From an uncultured Pelagibacteraceae bacterium (GTDB lineage: Bacteria; Pseudomonadota; Alphaproteobacteria; Pelagibacterales; Pelagibacteraceae), in the NCBI GenBank assembly GCA_950068185.1, contig CATMHL010000001.1:1-58108 (forward strand): DNA of 58,108 nt. Reading direction: 5' to 3'. The translations under genes and the position numbers were made by a program. Of the stretch, positions 29,912 to 40,030 are shown piece by piece. Each line of letters starts with the position of its first letter. The first letter of the stretch is position 1. The notes below the pieces were generated by a model. It was not told the origin of the DNA and did no database searches. It saw only the letters and a list, made by a program, of their open reading frames with translations.

Positions 29912-30824
29912 TTATTATATCCTCTATTGAGTTAATATTTGATACTTTTACATTTCTATTTATTTTTTTTACTAAACCAGAAAGCACTTTGCCAGGACCA
30001 ATTTCTAAAAAACTTGCAACTCCCTGTTTTATCATAAAATCTATACTTTCTCTCCATCTAACTCTTGATGTAATTTGATCAATTAATAATGGTCTAATTT
30101 TGTCTACATCGGTCTCCTCTTTGGCAGTCACATTACTAATGATGCTTGGTTTTGGTTTCAGAAAATTTGTATTTTCAATTTCATCCTTCATATTTTCTGC
30201 AGCTTTTTTCATTAAAGAACAATGAAAAGGTGCACTTACAGGTAAAAGTATTCCTTTTTTCTTTTTTTTTTTTAAGTTTTCGTTAAGAATTTCTATTACC
30301 ATTTTTTTCCCACTAACGACAACTTGTCCACTAGTGTTATCATTGGCAATTTCACAAATTTCTCCTTTGGGAAGTAAGTTAATTTCATTCTCTACTTCAT
30401 GAATTGTCATTCCAAGTATAGCCATCATAGCACCTTGGCCTGAAGGAACTGCATCTTGCATCGATTTACCTCTTTCATGTAATAAATAAGCCGCTCTTTC
30501 TATGGTCAAAGATCCTCCGCATACAAGCGCGGTATATTCACCTAAGGAATGTCCAGCAAAAAATCTTGCATTATTTAAATTTAAACCAAACTGCTGATTC
30601 AAAACATTAAATATACAAACGCCTATAGTCATAATTGCGGGCTGTGTATTTTGCGTAAGTTTTAATTCTGCTTCAGGACCATTTAATATAATATTTGAAA
30701 GTGAAAAACCTAAAGTTTTATCAACAGTTCTAAAAATTTCTTTTACTGAGTCAAATTTTTCATAAAAATCTGATCCCATTCCAACATATTGTGAACCCTG
30801 ACCCGGAAATAAAACAGCGCGCAT
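29904..30824 (-). CDS. fabD: Malonyl-CoA:ACP transacylase
   Basis: Contains 'AVLFPGQGSQYVGMG', the active site 'GHSLGEY' and 'VSAPFHCSLM'. I place the start at the ATG giving 'MRAVLFPGQGSQ' (30824) rather than the track's 30851. Confidence 0.9.
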   Translation of the reverse strand: MRAVLFPGQGSQYVGMGSDFYEKFDSVKEIFRTVDKTLGFSLSNIILNGPEAELKLTQNTQPAIMTIGVCIFNVLNQQFGLNLNNARFFAGHSLGEYTALVCGGSLTIERAAYLLHERGKSMQDAVPSGQGAMMAILGMTIHEVENEINLLPKGEICEIANDNTSGQVVVSGKKMVIEILNENLKKKKKKGILLPVSAPFHCSLMKKAAENMKDEIENTNFLKPKPSIISNVTAKEETDVDKIRPLLIDQITSRVRWRESIDFMIKQGVASFLEIGPGKVLSGLVKKINRNVKVSNINSIEDIIND

Positions 30825-30959
30825 AAGGTAATGAAAATATAATATAATCAAATTTTAATTGTTGTATATTAAAAATATTAATAGTATAAAACCAGAACCT
30901 CTACCAACATAAGGTGGATTGTTCGATAGGTATATCGAATTAACCAAGGAAAAACGTGG

Positions 30960-31298
30960 ATGAATTGTTACGAACACACTTTTATAGCAAAACAAGACTT
31001 ACCCTCAAGTCAAACTAAAACACTAGTAAATAAATACGAAGATATAATAAAAAAAAACTCAGGGAAGGTTTTAAAAACTGAAGAATGGGGATTGAGAAAT
31101 TTATCTCATATTATAAAAAATAACAAAAAAGGATTTTATTTTCATATAAAATTCGAAGGTATTGGAACAACAATTAAAGAATTAGAAAAAGCAGGTAATA
31201 TTGATGAGATGTTAATTAGATATTTAACTGTTAAAGTAAAAAAACACAATCTTGAAGAAAATTTTTTTGAAAAAAAAGATTATTTAGAAAATAGATAA
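30960..31298 (+). CDS. rpsF: 30S ribosomal protein S6
   Basis: Contains '[11 protein letters not shown]' and '[10 protein letters not shown]'. Followed by rpsR and rplI. Confidence 0.9.
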   Translation: MNCYEHTFIAKQDLPSSQTKTLVNKYEDIIKKNSGKVLKTEEWGLRNLSHIIKNNKKGFYFHIKFEGIGTTIKELEKAGNIDEMLIRYLTVKVKKHNLEENFFEKKDYLENR

Positions 31299-31300
31299 AA

Positions 31301-31576
31301 ATGATAAAAAAAAGGAGAAAATTTAATAAAAAACAAAAAAATTCCAGATATTCTAAATTAAGTTTATTTCAAAAACCTGATACAAACTTTTTTAAACCAT
31401 GTCCTCTTTCGGGAAAAAATGCCCCTATATTAAATTATAAAAATATCAAATTGCTAAAAAGATATATTTCTGAAAGCGGAAGAATTTTACCTTCAAGAAT
31501 AACTTCTGTATCATTGAAAAAACAAAAAGAACTTTCTAGATCAATAAAAAGGGCTAGACTCTTAGCATTATTATAA
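31301..31576 (+). CDS. rpsR: 30S ribosomal protein S18
   Basis: Contains '[47 protein letters not shown]'. Confidence 0.9.
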   Translation: MIKKRRKFNKKQKNSRYSKLSLFQKPDTNFFKPCPLSGKNAPILNYKNIKLLKRYISESGRILPSRITSVSLKKQKELSRSIKRARLLALL

Positions 31577-31584
31577 AAATTGTC

Positions 31585-32043
31585 ATGGAAATTGTTTTAC
31601 TAGAAAATATTAAAAATCTTGGAAAGATAGGAGATGTTGTAAATGTTAAAAGAGGATATGGTCGTAATTTTCTTATTAAATATGGAAAAGCTCTTAAAGC
31701 TTCTGAAGTTAATATCGATTTGGTAAATAAAAAAAAGACAGATCTTAGCGAAAAAAATATTACTTTTAAAAAAAATGCCAAAAAAATTTTTGATATTATT
31801 AATAAAAAAAATTATAAATTTTCTAAAAGGACAAAAGATAATAATGAATTGTATGGATCAATAAAACCCAGGGAACTTTCAAAAACTATAGAAAGTTTAG
31901 ATAAGATAGAAATAAAACCATCCCAGTTCGATCTTAATAAAGAAATAAACAAAATTGGCTTCTATGAGGCAAAAATTAATTTACACGCTGAAGTTCAAGC
32001 CAAAATTCATATTGAAGTTGTAAAACAAGAAGAGGCAAATTAG
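31585..32043 (+). CDS. rplI: 50S ribosomal protein L9
   Basis: Contains 'MEIVLLENIKNLGKIGDVVNVKRGYGRNFLI'. Confidence 0.9.
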   Translation: MEIVLLENIKNLGKIGDVVNVKRGYGRNFLIKYGKALKASEVNIDLVNKKKTDLSEKNITFKKNAKKIFDIINKKNYKFSKRTKDNNELYGSIKPRELSKTIESLDKIEIKPSQFDLNKEINKIGFYEAKINLHAEVQAKIHIEVVKQEEAN

Positions 32044-32138
32044 TTTTTCTTATTGTTTTTCAACAGAAAATTTATTCCATGTATAACTTTCGTGTTTTTT
32101 TTATTATTTTTTTGGTATTAAATGAATAAAAAATAATA

Positions 32139-33569
32139 ATGGCTCAACAACCTTTCAAAATAATTGAAAATCGCCAAAAAAAAATGCCTTGTAACATTGA
32201 GGCTGAACAAGCCGTTATTGGCTCCATATTGGTATCAAACGATATTTATGACGAAATATCGCCTTTAGTAGACGCTCAGAAATTTTTAGACCCTATTCAT
32301 ATAAAAATTTATGAAACAATTGAAAAATTAATTTCAAAGGGCCTTTTGGCTAATCCAATTACATTAAAAAATCATTTTGAAAACAATGAAGGTCTAAAAG
32401 AATTAGGTGGTCAAGAATACTTAATAAAAATTACTAAATTTGCAACTTCGACTAAACAAGCAATTGATTATGCAAATATCGTTCAGGAAATGCATGTACG
32501 TAGAGAACTAATCAAGATTTCAGAATCAGTTTTAGAGCAAGCTTCTAATGATACTGAAATTAATACTTCAGGTGAGGAAATTATTCAAAATGCTGAAAAA
32601 TCTTTATTTGATTTAGCTGAGAGAGGACATTTTAATCGATCGTTCTTGAAATTTGAATACGCATTGAAACAGACAATTGAGATGGCAAAAAGTGCTTATA
32701 AAAATGAGGACGGTATAGTTGGGGTACCAACCGGATTAACCGACTTGGATTCAAGACTGGGGGGAATGCATAAACAGGATTTAATTATTATTGCTGGGCG
32801 ACCTTCAATGGGTAAAACTGCTCTCGCAACAAATATTGCTTTTCATGCTGCAAAAAATATAGAAAAAAAAGGATCTAAATCTACTGTAGCTTTTTTTTCT
32901 TTAGAAATGTCTTCCGAGCAACTTTCTACAAGAATACTTTCAGAACAATCTAGAATAAGGTCTAATGATATTAGAAGAGGAAAAGTATCAGAGAAAGAAT
33001 TTGAACAATTTATAGAAACATCTAAAAATATTTCTGAACTACCTTTATATATAGACGAAACACCTGCTATCACTATTGCAGCCATCAGTAATAGATCAAG
33101 AAGAATTAAAAGACTTTTTGGACTAGAATTAATTGTTGTTGACTATATTCAGTTGATGAGATCTAGCGGTCGTAAAGAATACAATAGAGTTCAAGAAATT
33201 TCTGAAATTACCCAAGGCTTGAAAGCTTTAGCAAAAGAACTGGATGTACCTGTGCTTGCTTTGTCCCAACTTTCCCGTCAAGTTGAGCAAAGAGATAATA
33301 AAAAACCACAATTATCTGATTTAAGAGAATCAGGCTCTATAGAACAAGATGCAGATGTCGTGATGTTTGTTTATAGAGAAGCTTATTATCTTGAGAATAA
33401 AGAACCCACTTTAGGATCAATTGAACATGCAGAATGGCAACAAAAAATGGATGAAATATCTAGATTAGCAGACATAATGATTGGCAAACAAAGACACGGG
33501 CCAACTGGAAATATTAAAGTTGAATTTGAAGCAATGTATACTAAGTTCAAAGACCTAGAAACTAAATAG
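32139..33569 (+). CDS. dnaB: Replicative DNA helicase
   Basis: Contains 'PCNIEAEQAVIGSIL', Walker A 'GRPSMGKTA', 'FSLEMS', 'VDYIQLM', 'LSQLSR' and 'IGKQRHGPTG'. No intein. Confidence 0.95.
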   Translation: MAQQPFKIIENRQKKMPCNIEAEQAVIGSILVSNDIYDEISPLVDAQKFLDPIHIKIYETIEKLISKGLLANPITLKNHFENNEGLKELGGQEYLIKITKFATSTKQAIDYANIVQEMHVRRELIKISESVLEQASNDTEINTSGEEIIQNAEKSLFDLAERGHFNRSFLKFEYALKQTIEMAKSAYKNEDGIVGVPTGLTDLDSRLGGMHKQDLIIIAGRPSMGKTALATNIAFHAAKNIEKKGSKSTVAFFSLEMSSEQLSTRILSEQSRIRSNDIRRGKVSEKEFEQFIETSKNISELPLYIDETPAITIAAISNRSRRIKRLFGLELIVVDYIQLMRSSGRKEYNRVQEISEITQGLKALAKELDVPVLALSQLSRQVEQRDNKKPQLSDLRESGSIEQDADVVMFVYREAYYLENKEPTLGSIEHAEWQQKMDEISRLADIMIGKQRHGPTGNIKVEFEAMYTKFKDLETK

Positions 33570-33583
33570 CTTTAAACATTTCA

Positions 33584-36037
33584 ATGTTTGAAAAAATATA
33601 TAAAAATTCAATAATTGAAAAACCTAAATTTACTTTACTAATTCTTGCTGTTTTATTATTAAGTTTTGGATATTTTGCAAAGGACTTTCAGTTAGACGCA
33701 TCATCGGACACTTTGCTTCTAGAAAATGACCCCGATTTAAAATATCTACGAGAAGTAAATACCAAATTTGGTTCGAAAGATTTTCTAGTACTAACCTATA
33801 CTCCAAAAGAGAGTTTAATAAGCCCAGATACAATAAGAAATCTTACAAATTTAAAAAATGATTTAACAAATTTAAGCTGGGCAAATAATGTAATAACTAT
33901 TTTGGATGTTCCATTACTAAAAAATAACGACGAACCTTTAGCAGAAAGAATTAAAAATTTTAAAACTCTATCTAGCGAAGATTCTGATAAAGAAAGAGGT
34001 TTTAAAGAGATTATAAATAGTCCAATTTATAAAGAATTCATAATTAGTAAAGATGGCAAAACTAGCGGAATACTAGTTTACATAAAGACTGATAAAAAAT
34101 TATCTGATCTTATAAAAACTAAAAATAACTATTTAAATAAGAGGGATAAAGGACAATTAACTTCCGAAGATAAAAAAGAATATAAAAAATTTCTAAAAAA
34201 ATATGATAACTACAAGAAGTCATACAATCAAAAAAATCATCAAAATATAAATGAAATTAGAACAGTCATAGAAAAATATAAGGATACAGCTAAAATTCAT
34301 TTGGGAGGAATACCCATGATTGCTGACGATATGATGACGTACATAAAAAACGATATAATAGTATTTGGAGCTGGAGTATTTCTTTTTATTGTTTGTACAC
34401 TTTGGTTTGTTTTTAGAAGCTTATTGTGGGTATTTATTCCTCTTTTAAGTTGTTTTTTTTCAGTTCTTATTATGGTTGGTTTACTAGGATTGCTGGGCTG
34501 GAAAGTTACTGTAATATCTTCAAATTTCATATCTCTAATGCTTATTTTAACTATGGCAATGAACATCCATATGAGTGTCCGATATTTACAATTTAAAAAA
34601 GAAAATCCAAATATTTCAAATAGTGAAGCTATACTTTGGACTTCAGGAAAAATGTTTTGGCCAATACTTTACACTGTACTTACGACCATTTGCGCTTTTC
34701 TATCACTTATATTTAGTGGCATTAAACCTATTATAGACTTTGGTTGGATGATGTCTGTAGGTCTATTGGTTTCATTATCTATAACTTTTACTTTGCTGCC
34801 CGCTATTTTAAATATTTTGAGTAAGGATAATACAAATTATAAAGATGAAAAAAAATCAATAATTACTTCTTTCTTAAGTAAAGTTGCACAACAAAACACA
34901 AAAACTATTTTTGTATCATCTTTGCTTGTTATCATCGTAAGTATTATTGGTATTACTAAGCTTGAAGTCGAAAACAGCTTTATAAATTATTTTGATAAAA
35001 AAACTGAAATTTATAAGGGCATGAAATTAATTGATGATAAACTTGGAGGAACAACTCCTCTTGATATAATAGTCAAATTTCCAGATAAAAAAAAAGAAGA
35101 AAAAATAGATGACGATTTTGATAGCTGGGACGATGAAGAAAAAGATGAAGCAAAATATTGGTTTACAAGAAATAAAATAGATAGAATTACTCTAGTTCAC
35201 GATTACCTGGATAATTTGCAAGCCGTTGGTAAAGTCATATCTTTTGCATCTATGGTTAGAGTTGCTGAGGATTTAAATGATGGAAAGAAGTTACAGGGAT
35301 TGGAAATGGGTATCTTGTACAATAAAATACCTGATTCAATTAAAAAAGAAATAATTGATCCCTATATATCGATAGAAAATAATGAAGCTAGAATCAGTTT
35401 GAGAGTTTTAGACTCCAGGGAAGACCTTAGAAGAAATGAATTGATAAAAAAAATTAATTATGATTTAGAAAATAAATTAGGTTTAAACCGTGATGAATTT
35501 AAACTTGCTGGCGTTCTTATTCTTTTTAATAATCTGTTACAAAGCCTGTTTAAATCTCAAATATTAACTCTGGGTGTTGTAATGGCAGGCATAACTTTAA
35601 TGTTTTTAATTTTGTTTAGAAATATAACTTTATCTTTAATAGGTGTTGTGCCAAATTTTATGGCGGCCTTCCTAATTCTAGGTATCATTGGCCTACTAGG
35701 AATACCTCTAGATATGATGACGATAACCATTGCTGCTATCACCATCGGTATAGCTGTAGATAATAGCATCCATTATATCTATAGATTTAAAGAGGAATTT
35801 AAAAAAAATAACAACTATAATCAAACTCTTGAAAAGTGTCATGATACGGTTGGTGTAGCTATTTTAAATACTTCTATAACAATTGTTTTTGGCTTTTCTA
35901 TACTTGTTCTTTCCAATTTCATACCAACAATTTATTTCGGAATTTTTACTGGAATTGCAATGCTTTTAGCTATGATTTCGGTTTTAACACTTTTACCAAA
36001 ACTAATTTTGATAGTAAAACCTTTTGGCAATGTCTGA
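33584..36037 (+). CDS. MMPL/RND-superfamily exporter (two 6-TM bundles, each preceded by a periplasmic domain)
   Basis: 817 aa. Duplicated TM-bundle architecture with an SSD-like segment 'DMMTITIAAITIGIAVDNSIHY'. Confidence 0.7.
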   Translation: MFEKIYKNSIIEKPKFTLLILAVLLLSFGYFAKDFQLDASSDTLLLENDPDLKYLREVNTKFGSKDFLVLTYTPKESLISPDTIRNLTNLKNDLTNLSWANNVITILDVPLLKNNDEPLAERIKNFKTLSSEDSDKERGFKEIINSPIYKEFIISKDGKTSGILVYIKTDKKLSDLIKTKNNYLNKRDKGQLTSEDKKEYKKFLKKYDNYKKSYNQKNHQNINEIRTVIEKYKDTAKIHLGGIPMIADDMMTYIKNDIIVFGAGVFLFIVCTLWFVFRSLLWVFIPLLSCFFSVLIMVGLLGLLGWKVTVISSNFISLMLILTMAMNIHMSVRYLQFKKENPNISNSEAILWTSGKMFWPILYTVLTTICAFLSLIFSGIKPIIDFGWMMSVGLLVSLSITFTLLPAILNILSKDNTNYKDEKKSIITSFLSKVAQQNTKTIFVSSLLVIIVSIIGITKLEVENSFINYFDKKTEIYKGMKLIDDKLGGTTPLDIIVKFPDKKKEEKIDDDFDSWDDEEKDEAKYWFTRNKIDRITLVHDYLDNLQAVGKVISFASMVRVAEDLNDGKKLQGLEMGILYNKIPDSIKKEIIDPYISIENNEARISLRVLDSREDLRRNELIKKINYDLENKLGLNRDEFKLAGVLILFNNLLQSLFKSQILTLGVVMAGITLMFLILFRNITLSLIGVVPNFMAAFLILGIIGLLGIPLDMMTITIAAITIGIAVDNSIHYIYRFKEEFKKNNNYNQTLEKCHDTVGVAILNTSITIVFGFSILVLSNFIPTIYFGIFTGIAMLLAMISVLTLLPKLILIVKPFGNV

Positions 36038-36578
36038 CATAATAGAATTTATACAAAGTAACATTTCAGCATTTGATCTTATTGTTTTTTTAATTATTGT
36101 TTATTCCATGGCACAATGTGCTGCTAAGGGATTTATGAGAAGCTTATTATCATTTTCGAAATGGCTGCTTGCTTTAATAATAACAATTATATTAGTACCA
36201 AAATTAAATCCTTGGGTACAAGATTATGTAGAATCAAAATTTATTTCTGATATTGGTTTAGGGGTTTTTATATACATAGTTTCACTTTTTGTAATAATCA
36301 ATATAGGTAAAGCTATTAGTAGAACGGTTACTTGGTCAGGTCTTGGCTCAGTTGACAAGACTTTTGGTTTAATTTTTGGAATATTTAAAGGATATGCGAT
36401 TTGTGTATGCATTTTTTCTTTGCTTAACTGGTTTTATCCACATCAAAAATGGCCATTAAAAGCTGAAGGTACTTATTCTTTTGAAATAATATATAAGGGA
36501 AGTGAGTTTTTAATTGATGAATTTCCCAAAAGTAAAGATTACTACGAAGAAACAGAAGAAAAAATAGAAAAAATTTAA
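36024..36578 (+). CDS. cvpA: CvpA-family membrane protein
   Basis: Four TM segments starting with the 'FDLIVFLIIVYSMAQCAAKGFMRS' pattern. Directly precedes purF, the conserved cvpA-purF pair. Confidence 0.75.
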   Translation: MAMSDIIEFIQSNISAFDLIVFLIIVYSMAQCAAKGFMRSLLSFSKWLLALIITIILVPKLNPWVQDYVESKFISDIGLGVFIYIVSLFVIINIGKAISRTVTWSGLGSVDKTFGLIFGIFKGYAICVCIFSLLNWFYPHQKWPLKAEGTYSFEIIYKGSEFLIDEFPKSKDYYEETEEKIEKI

Positions 36579-38012
36579 ATGGCACGATTAAGAGAAGAAT
36601 GTGGAGTTTTTGGTATTTTTGATAATAAAGATGCTGCCGCCCTCACAGCGTTAGGATTACATGCTTTACAACATAGAGGGCAAGAAGGTTGTGGCATTGT
36701 TACATCTGATGGAAAAAACTTTTACGCTGAAAGAAGACTTGGATTAGTTGGAGATAATTTCACTAAAGGAAAAGTTTTAGAGAAATTGCCTGGAAGCTAT
36801 GCAATTGGTCACAATCGTTATTCAACAACCGGAAATAATCTAATCAAAAATGTTCAACCCTTTTTTGCTGACCTTCATGATGGAGGCATTAGTATTGCAC
36901 ATAATGGAAATTTAAGTAATGCTCGATATCTCAGAAGAGAATTAGTTAAAAATGGTTCTATTTTTCAAACTACATCTGACACAGAAACTATAGTTCAGCT
37001 AATTGCAAAATCAAAAAGGTCAAAAATAATTGATAAAATAATTGATGTCCTTTTTAAAATACAAGGAGGATATGCGTTAACAATTTTGACAAATAAAAAA
37101 TTAATAGGAATTAGGGATCCATTTGGAATCCGCCCTTTGGTTATCGGTAAACTTAATAAATCTTATGTTTTAGCATCAGAAACTTGCGCTTTTGATATAA
37201 TTGGAGCGAAATTTATTAGGGAAATCGAAAATGGAGAAATAATCATTATAACAGAAAACGGATTAGAAAGTATAAAACCATTCCCTAAAGTAAAAGAAAG
37301 GCCGTGTATTTTTGAATATATATATTTCTCTAGACCAGACAGCATCATAAATAATATTAGTGTTTACGAATATAGAAAAAGATTAGGCGCAGAGTTAGCA
37401 AAAGAATCACACATTGAAGCAGATTTAATAATACCGGTACCAGACTCCGGTGTTCCAGCTGCAATTGGTTATTCCGAAAAAGTAAAAAAGAATATCGAAT
37501 TAGGAATTATTAGAAATCATTATGTTGGCAGAACCTTTATTGAACCTACTCAACAAATACGTAGTTTAGGCGTTAAACTAAAGCATAATGTTAATAAATC
37601 TCTCATTAAAGGTAAATCTTTAATTTTAATCGATGATTCACTGGTAAGAGGCACGACTTCTGTCAAAATTATCAAAATGCTTCATGAAGCTGGGGCAAAG
37701 GAAGTTCACTTAAAAATTGCTTCTCCACCTATTAAATACCCAGATTATTATGGGATTGATACACCAGATAAAGATGAATTACTTGCCTCAAAACTTGACC
37801 TTAAGGGTATGCAAATATTCACTAAAGCAAAAACATTACAATTTTTATCAATTGAAGGATTATATAAGTCTATGGGACATGAAAAAAGAAACTCATCTTA
37901 TCCTCAATTCACTGATCATTGTTTCACTGGCGAGTATCCAGTTAAACCTATCGATGCAAATGATAAAAATTTTGAAGAAAATCAATTAAGTTTTATGTCG
38001 TCAAAATCTTGA
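36579..38012 (+). CDS. purF: Amidophosphoribosyltransferase
   Basis: N-terminal 'EECGVFGIF' (Ntn Cys), 'GHNRYSTTG', and the PRTase loop 'LIDDSLVRGTT'. Confidence 0.95.
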   Translation: MARLREECGVFGIFDNKDAAALTALGLHALQHRGQEGCGIVTSDGKNFYAERRLGLVGDNFTKGKVLEKLPGSYAIGHNRYSTTGNNLIKNVQPFFADLHDGGISIAHNGNLSNARYLRRELVKNGSIFQTTSDTETIVQLIAKSKRSKIIDKIIDVLFKIQGGYALTILTNKKLIGIRDPFGIRPLVIGKLNKSYVLASETCAFDIIGAKFIREIENGEIIIITENGLESIKPFPKVKERPCIFEYIYFSRPDSIINNISVYEYRKRLGAELAKESHIEADLIIPVPDSGVPAAIGYSEKVKKNIELGIIRNHYVGRTFIEPTQQIRSLGVKLKHNVNKSLIKGKSLILIDDSLVRGTTSVKIIKMLHEAGAKEVHLKIASPPIKYPDYYGIDTPDKDELLASKLDLKGMQIFTKAKTLQFLSIEGLYKSMGHEKRNSSYPQFTDHCFTGEYPVKPIDANDKNFEENQLSFMSSKS

Positions 38013-38030
38013 GAATAAAATAAAATTAAG

Positions 38031-39380
38031 TTAATCAAATCCATAAATACGGGAATTTTTAGTCAAGATATATAATTTTCCATTATTTATTATTGGAGTT
38101 GATGTAACAGGGTCGCCAATTTTTTTAAAATATTCAACTTTTCCCGAAACGGGAGAGCTTACAATTAAATATCCATTTGAAGTTACTGAATAAATTTTTC
38201 CAGAACCCATAATAAAACCTGTTATCTTAGTTTCTTGCTTTTTCTTTTTTAATATTTTTAAAATATTAGTAGAAGAAATTATTATTCCTGTATCTTTATC
38301 TATGATTACAAAATAACCGTTATCCGTTAGAATAAAAATGTTTTTTCCATCTATAATTGGTGCACCAATTGAACTTACTTCTTGTTTCCAGTTAGTATAA
38401 CCAGTATTTAAATTATAAGAAAAAATTGATGATTTAGATGAAAAAATTATATTATCATCAATTATAACAATCTCTGATGATTTAAAAAAATCTGTAGCAT
38501 GCGCCAACGTAGATTCTAATGTATTTAATGACCAGGCAATTTTTCCATTATTTGCATTAACTTTTAATAAATCTCCAGAAGAGTTAATGGCAATTACATC
38601 TCCCTGTTTTGATATAGCAGAGGATAAAAAGTTTTGTAACTTTATGAAGGAAGGTACTGAGCGAATATCCCAAATTTTTGATCCATTTTTTGTATTGAAG
38701 CACAAAATTCTATTATCTTGATTAATCAAAAAAATTTTATTTTTGTAAATTTTTATATTAGATTTTATTGGTATTCCGTGATTTTTTATCCAAACAAGTT
38801 TTCCATTGTTTAAACCAATTGAATAGATAAAACCGATATTATCTGCAACATAAATATTATTTTGATAAATAGAGAAAACTAAATTTTTATAAACTTTTTT
38901 ATATATTTTTTTATATATATTTTTTTTCCAATTTATTTCCCCATTCTGATTAATGTTAAAAATTGTGCCATTATTATCTGAAAAAATTATATTATTCTCA
39001 AAAACTAAAGGTGAGGATATAATTTTTGATATAGGAAATTTATTTTTCCCTATTTTTTTTTTTAAAAATATATTATCAATTCCGGATAAATAAATGTTAC
39101 CAAGAAAATTTTGCTGATTTAAGCTGGACATTTTCCACGATAAATTTTTTCTTGGATTTGATATACTAATTTTTTTAGTTAAAGATATTTCTTTAGAATA
39201 AACACTTTTGGATGAATAAATATAATCTACAACTTTAGTTTGTTTCTGTTCTTTTTCTAATTCGGAAATTCTTCTTTTTTCCTTTTTGCTTCCGCTCCAA
39301 ATCCCTGTTTTATTGTCAAAAGAACAATTTACTAATAAAATAAATATTAAAAAAAAAATTAAATTCTTTTTTTTATTCAT
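38031..39380 (-). CDS. bamB: Outer-membrane protein assembly factor BamB (PQQ-like beta-propeller lipoprotein)
   Basis: Lipobox 'LLVNCS'. Repeated 'G.i.W...' propeller blades ('NGKLVWIKN', 'NGSKIWDIR', 'NGKIAWSL', 'TGYTNWKQ'). Downstream of a yfgM-like gene, as in E. coli. Confidence 0.75.
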   Translation of the reverse strand: MNKKKNLIFFLIFILLVNCSFDNKTGIWSGSKKEKRRISELEKEQKQTKVVDYIYSSKSVYSKEISLTKKISISNPRKNLSWKMSSLNQQNFLGNIYLSGIDNIFLKKKIGKNKFPISKIISSPLVFENNIIFSDNNGTIFNINQNGEINWKKNIYKKIYKKVYKNLVFSIYQNNIYVADNIGFIYSIGLNNGKLVWIKNHGIPIKSNIKIYKNKIFLINQDNRILCFNTKNGSKIWDIRSVPSFIKLQNFLSSAISKQGDVIAINSSGDLLKVNANNGKIAWSLNTLESTLAHATDFFKSSEIVIIDDNIIFSSKSSIFSYNLNTGYTNWKQEVSSIGAPIIDGKNIFILTDNGYFVIIDKDTGIIISSTNILKILKKKKQETKITGFIMGSGKIYSVTSNGYLIVSSPVSGKVEYFKKIGDPVTSTPIINNGKLYILTKNSRIYGFD

Positions 39381-40021
39381 TGGGTAATAATAACAAGCTG
39401 AGATTTGGCTTGATTATAAAAGTCTTTGTGTAAATTATTTATAGAGAGAATTTGTTGATAAAATTCTATGGCCTTTATATTTTCTCCCTTTGACATAAAA
39501 TAATCTCCTAATAATAGTAAAGCATGAGGTTTCCATAAAGTGTCAGTGTTTAATAATGGTTTTATAGTTTCTAGCAATTCTGACTCGATTATAGAATTTG
39601 AAATAAATAATGCTTTTTTATAAATTAATAAATTTCTTAACTCTTTCTCAAACTTATTATTTTCCAATAAATGGTCGTACAAAATCGATATTTCTTTATA
39701 ATCACTGATTAAATTTTGATTTAGTATCAGGAAAAAAGATAAAGTTGAATAAGTAGAATCATTAGCAAAAATTACTTTTTTCAGTGTATTTAATGCTTCA
39801 CTTTTGTTTCCATTTTCCAGGTAAAATTTAGCTTGGACATAATTTTCAGATAATAAAATCTTTTTGCTTTCTTTGCTTTCTAAATAAAAACTTAAAGAGC
39901 CAAATGAAATTATTAAAATTAAAATAGAAGAAAAAATCAAAATTTTATTTGATTCGTAAAATTTTTTTATTTTCGACTTTTTCGTTACATCATATTGGGC
40001 TTCAAAAAAATTTTCTGCCAT
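39377..40021 (-). CDS. YfgM-like membrane-anchored TPR protein
   Basis: Short cytoplasmic N-terminus, a single TM helix and a TPR-like periplasmic domain. Overlaps bamB by 4 nt. Confidence 0.55.
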   Translation of the reverse strand: MAENFFEAQYDVTKKSKIKKFYESNKILIFSSILILIISFGSLSFYLESKESKKILLSENYVQAKFYLENGNKSEALNTLKKVIFANDSTYSTLSFFLILNQNLISDYKEISILYDHLLENNKFEKELRNLLIYKKALFISNSIIESELLETIKPLLNTDTLWKPHALLLLGDYFMSKGENIKAIEFYQQILSINNLHKDFYNQAKSQLVIITQ

Positions 40022-40030
40022 TTAAATTAT

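Noticed and set aside
30825-30851. Nine extra N-terminal codons of fabD (MIILYFHYL) in the ORF track
   Set aside because: FabD homologues begin essentially at 'M..A..FPGQGSQ'. The ATG at 30824 gives exactly that, and the extension has no counterpart.
32079-32129. 16-codon hydrophobic mini-ORF (MYNFRVFFIIFLVLNE) and a T-rich tract in the rplI-dnaB spacer
   Set aside because: It is too short to distinguish from chance, has no SD and has no hairpin. The T-runs are not preceded by a stem, so I could support neither a terminator nor a leader peptide.
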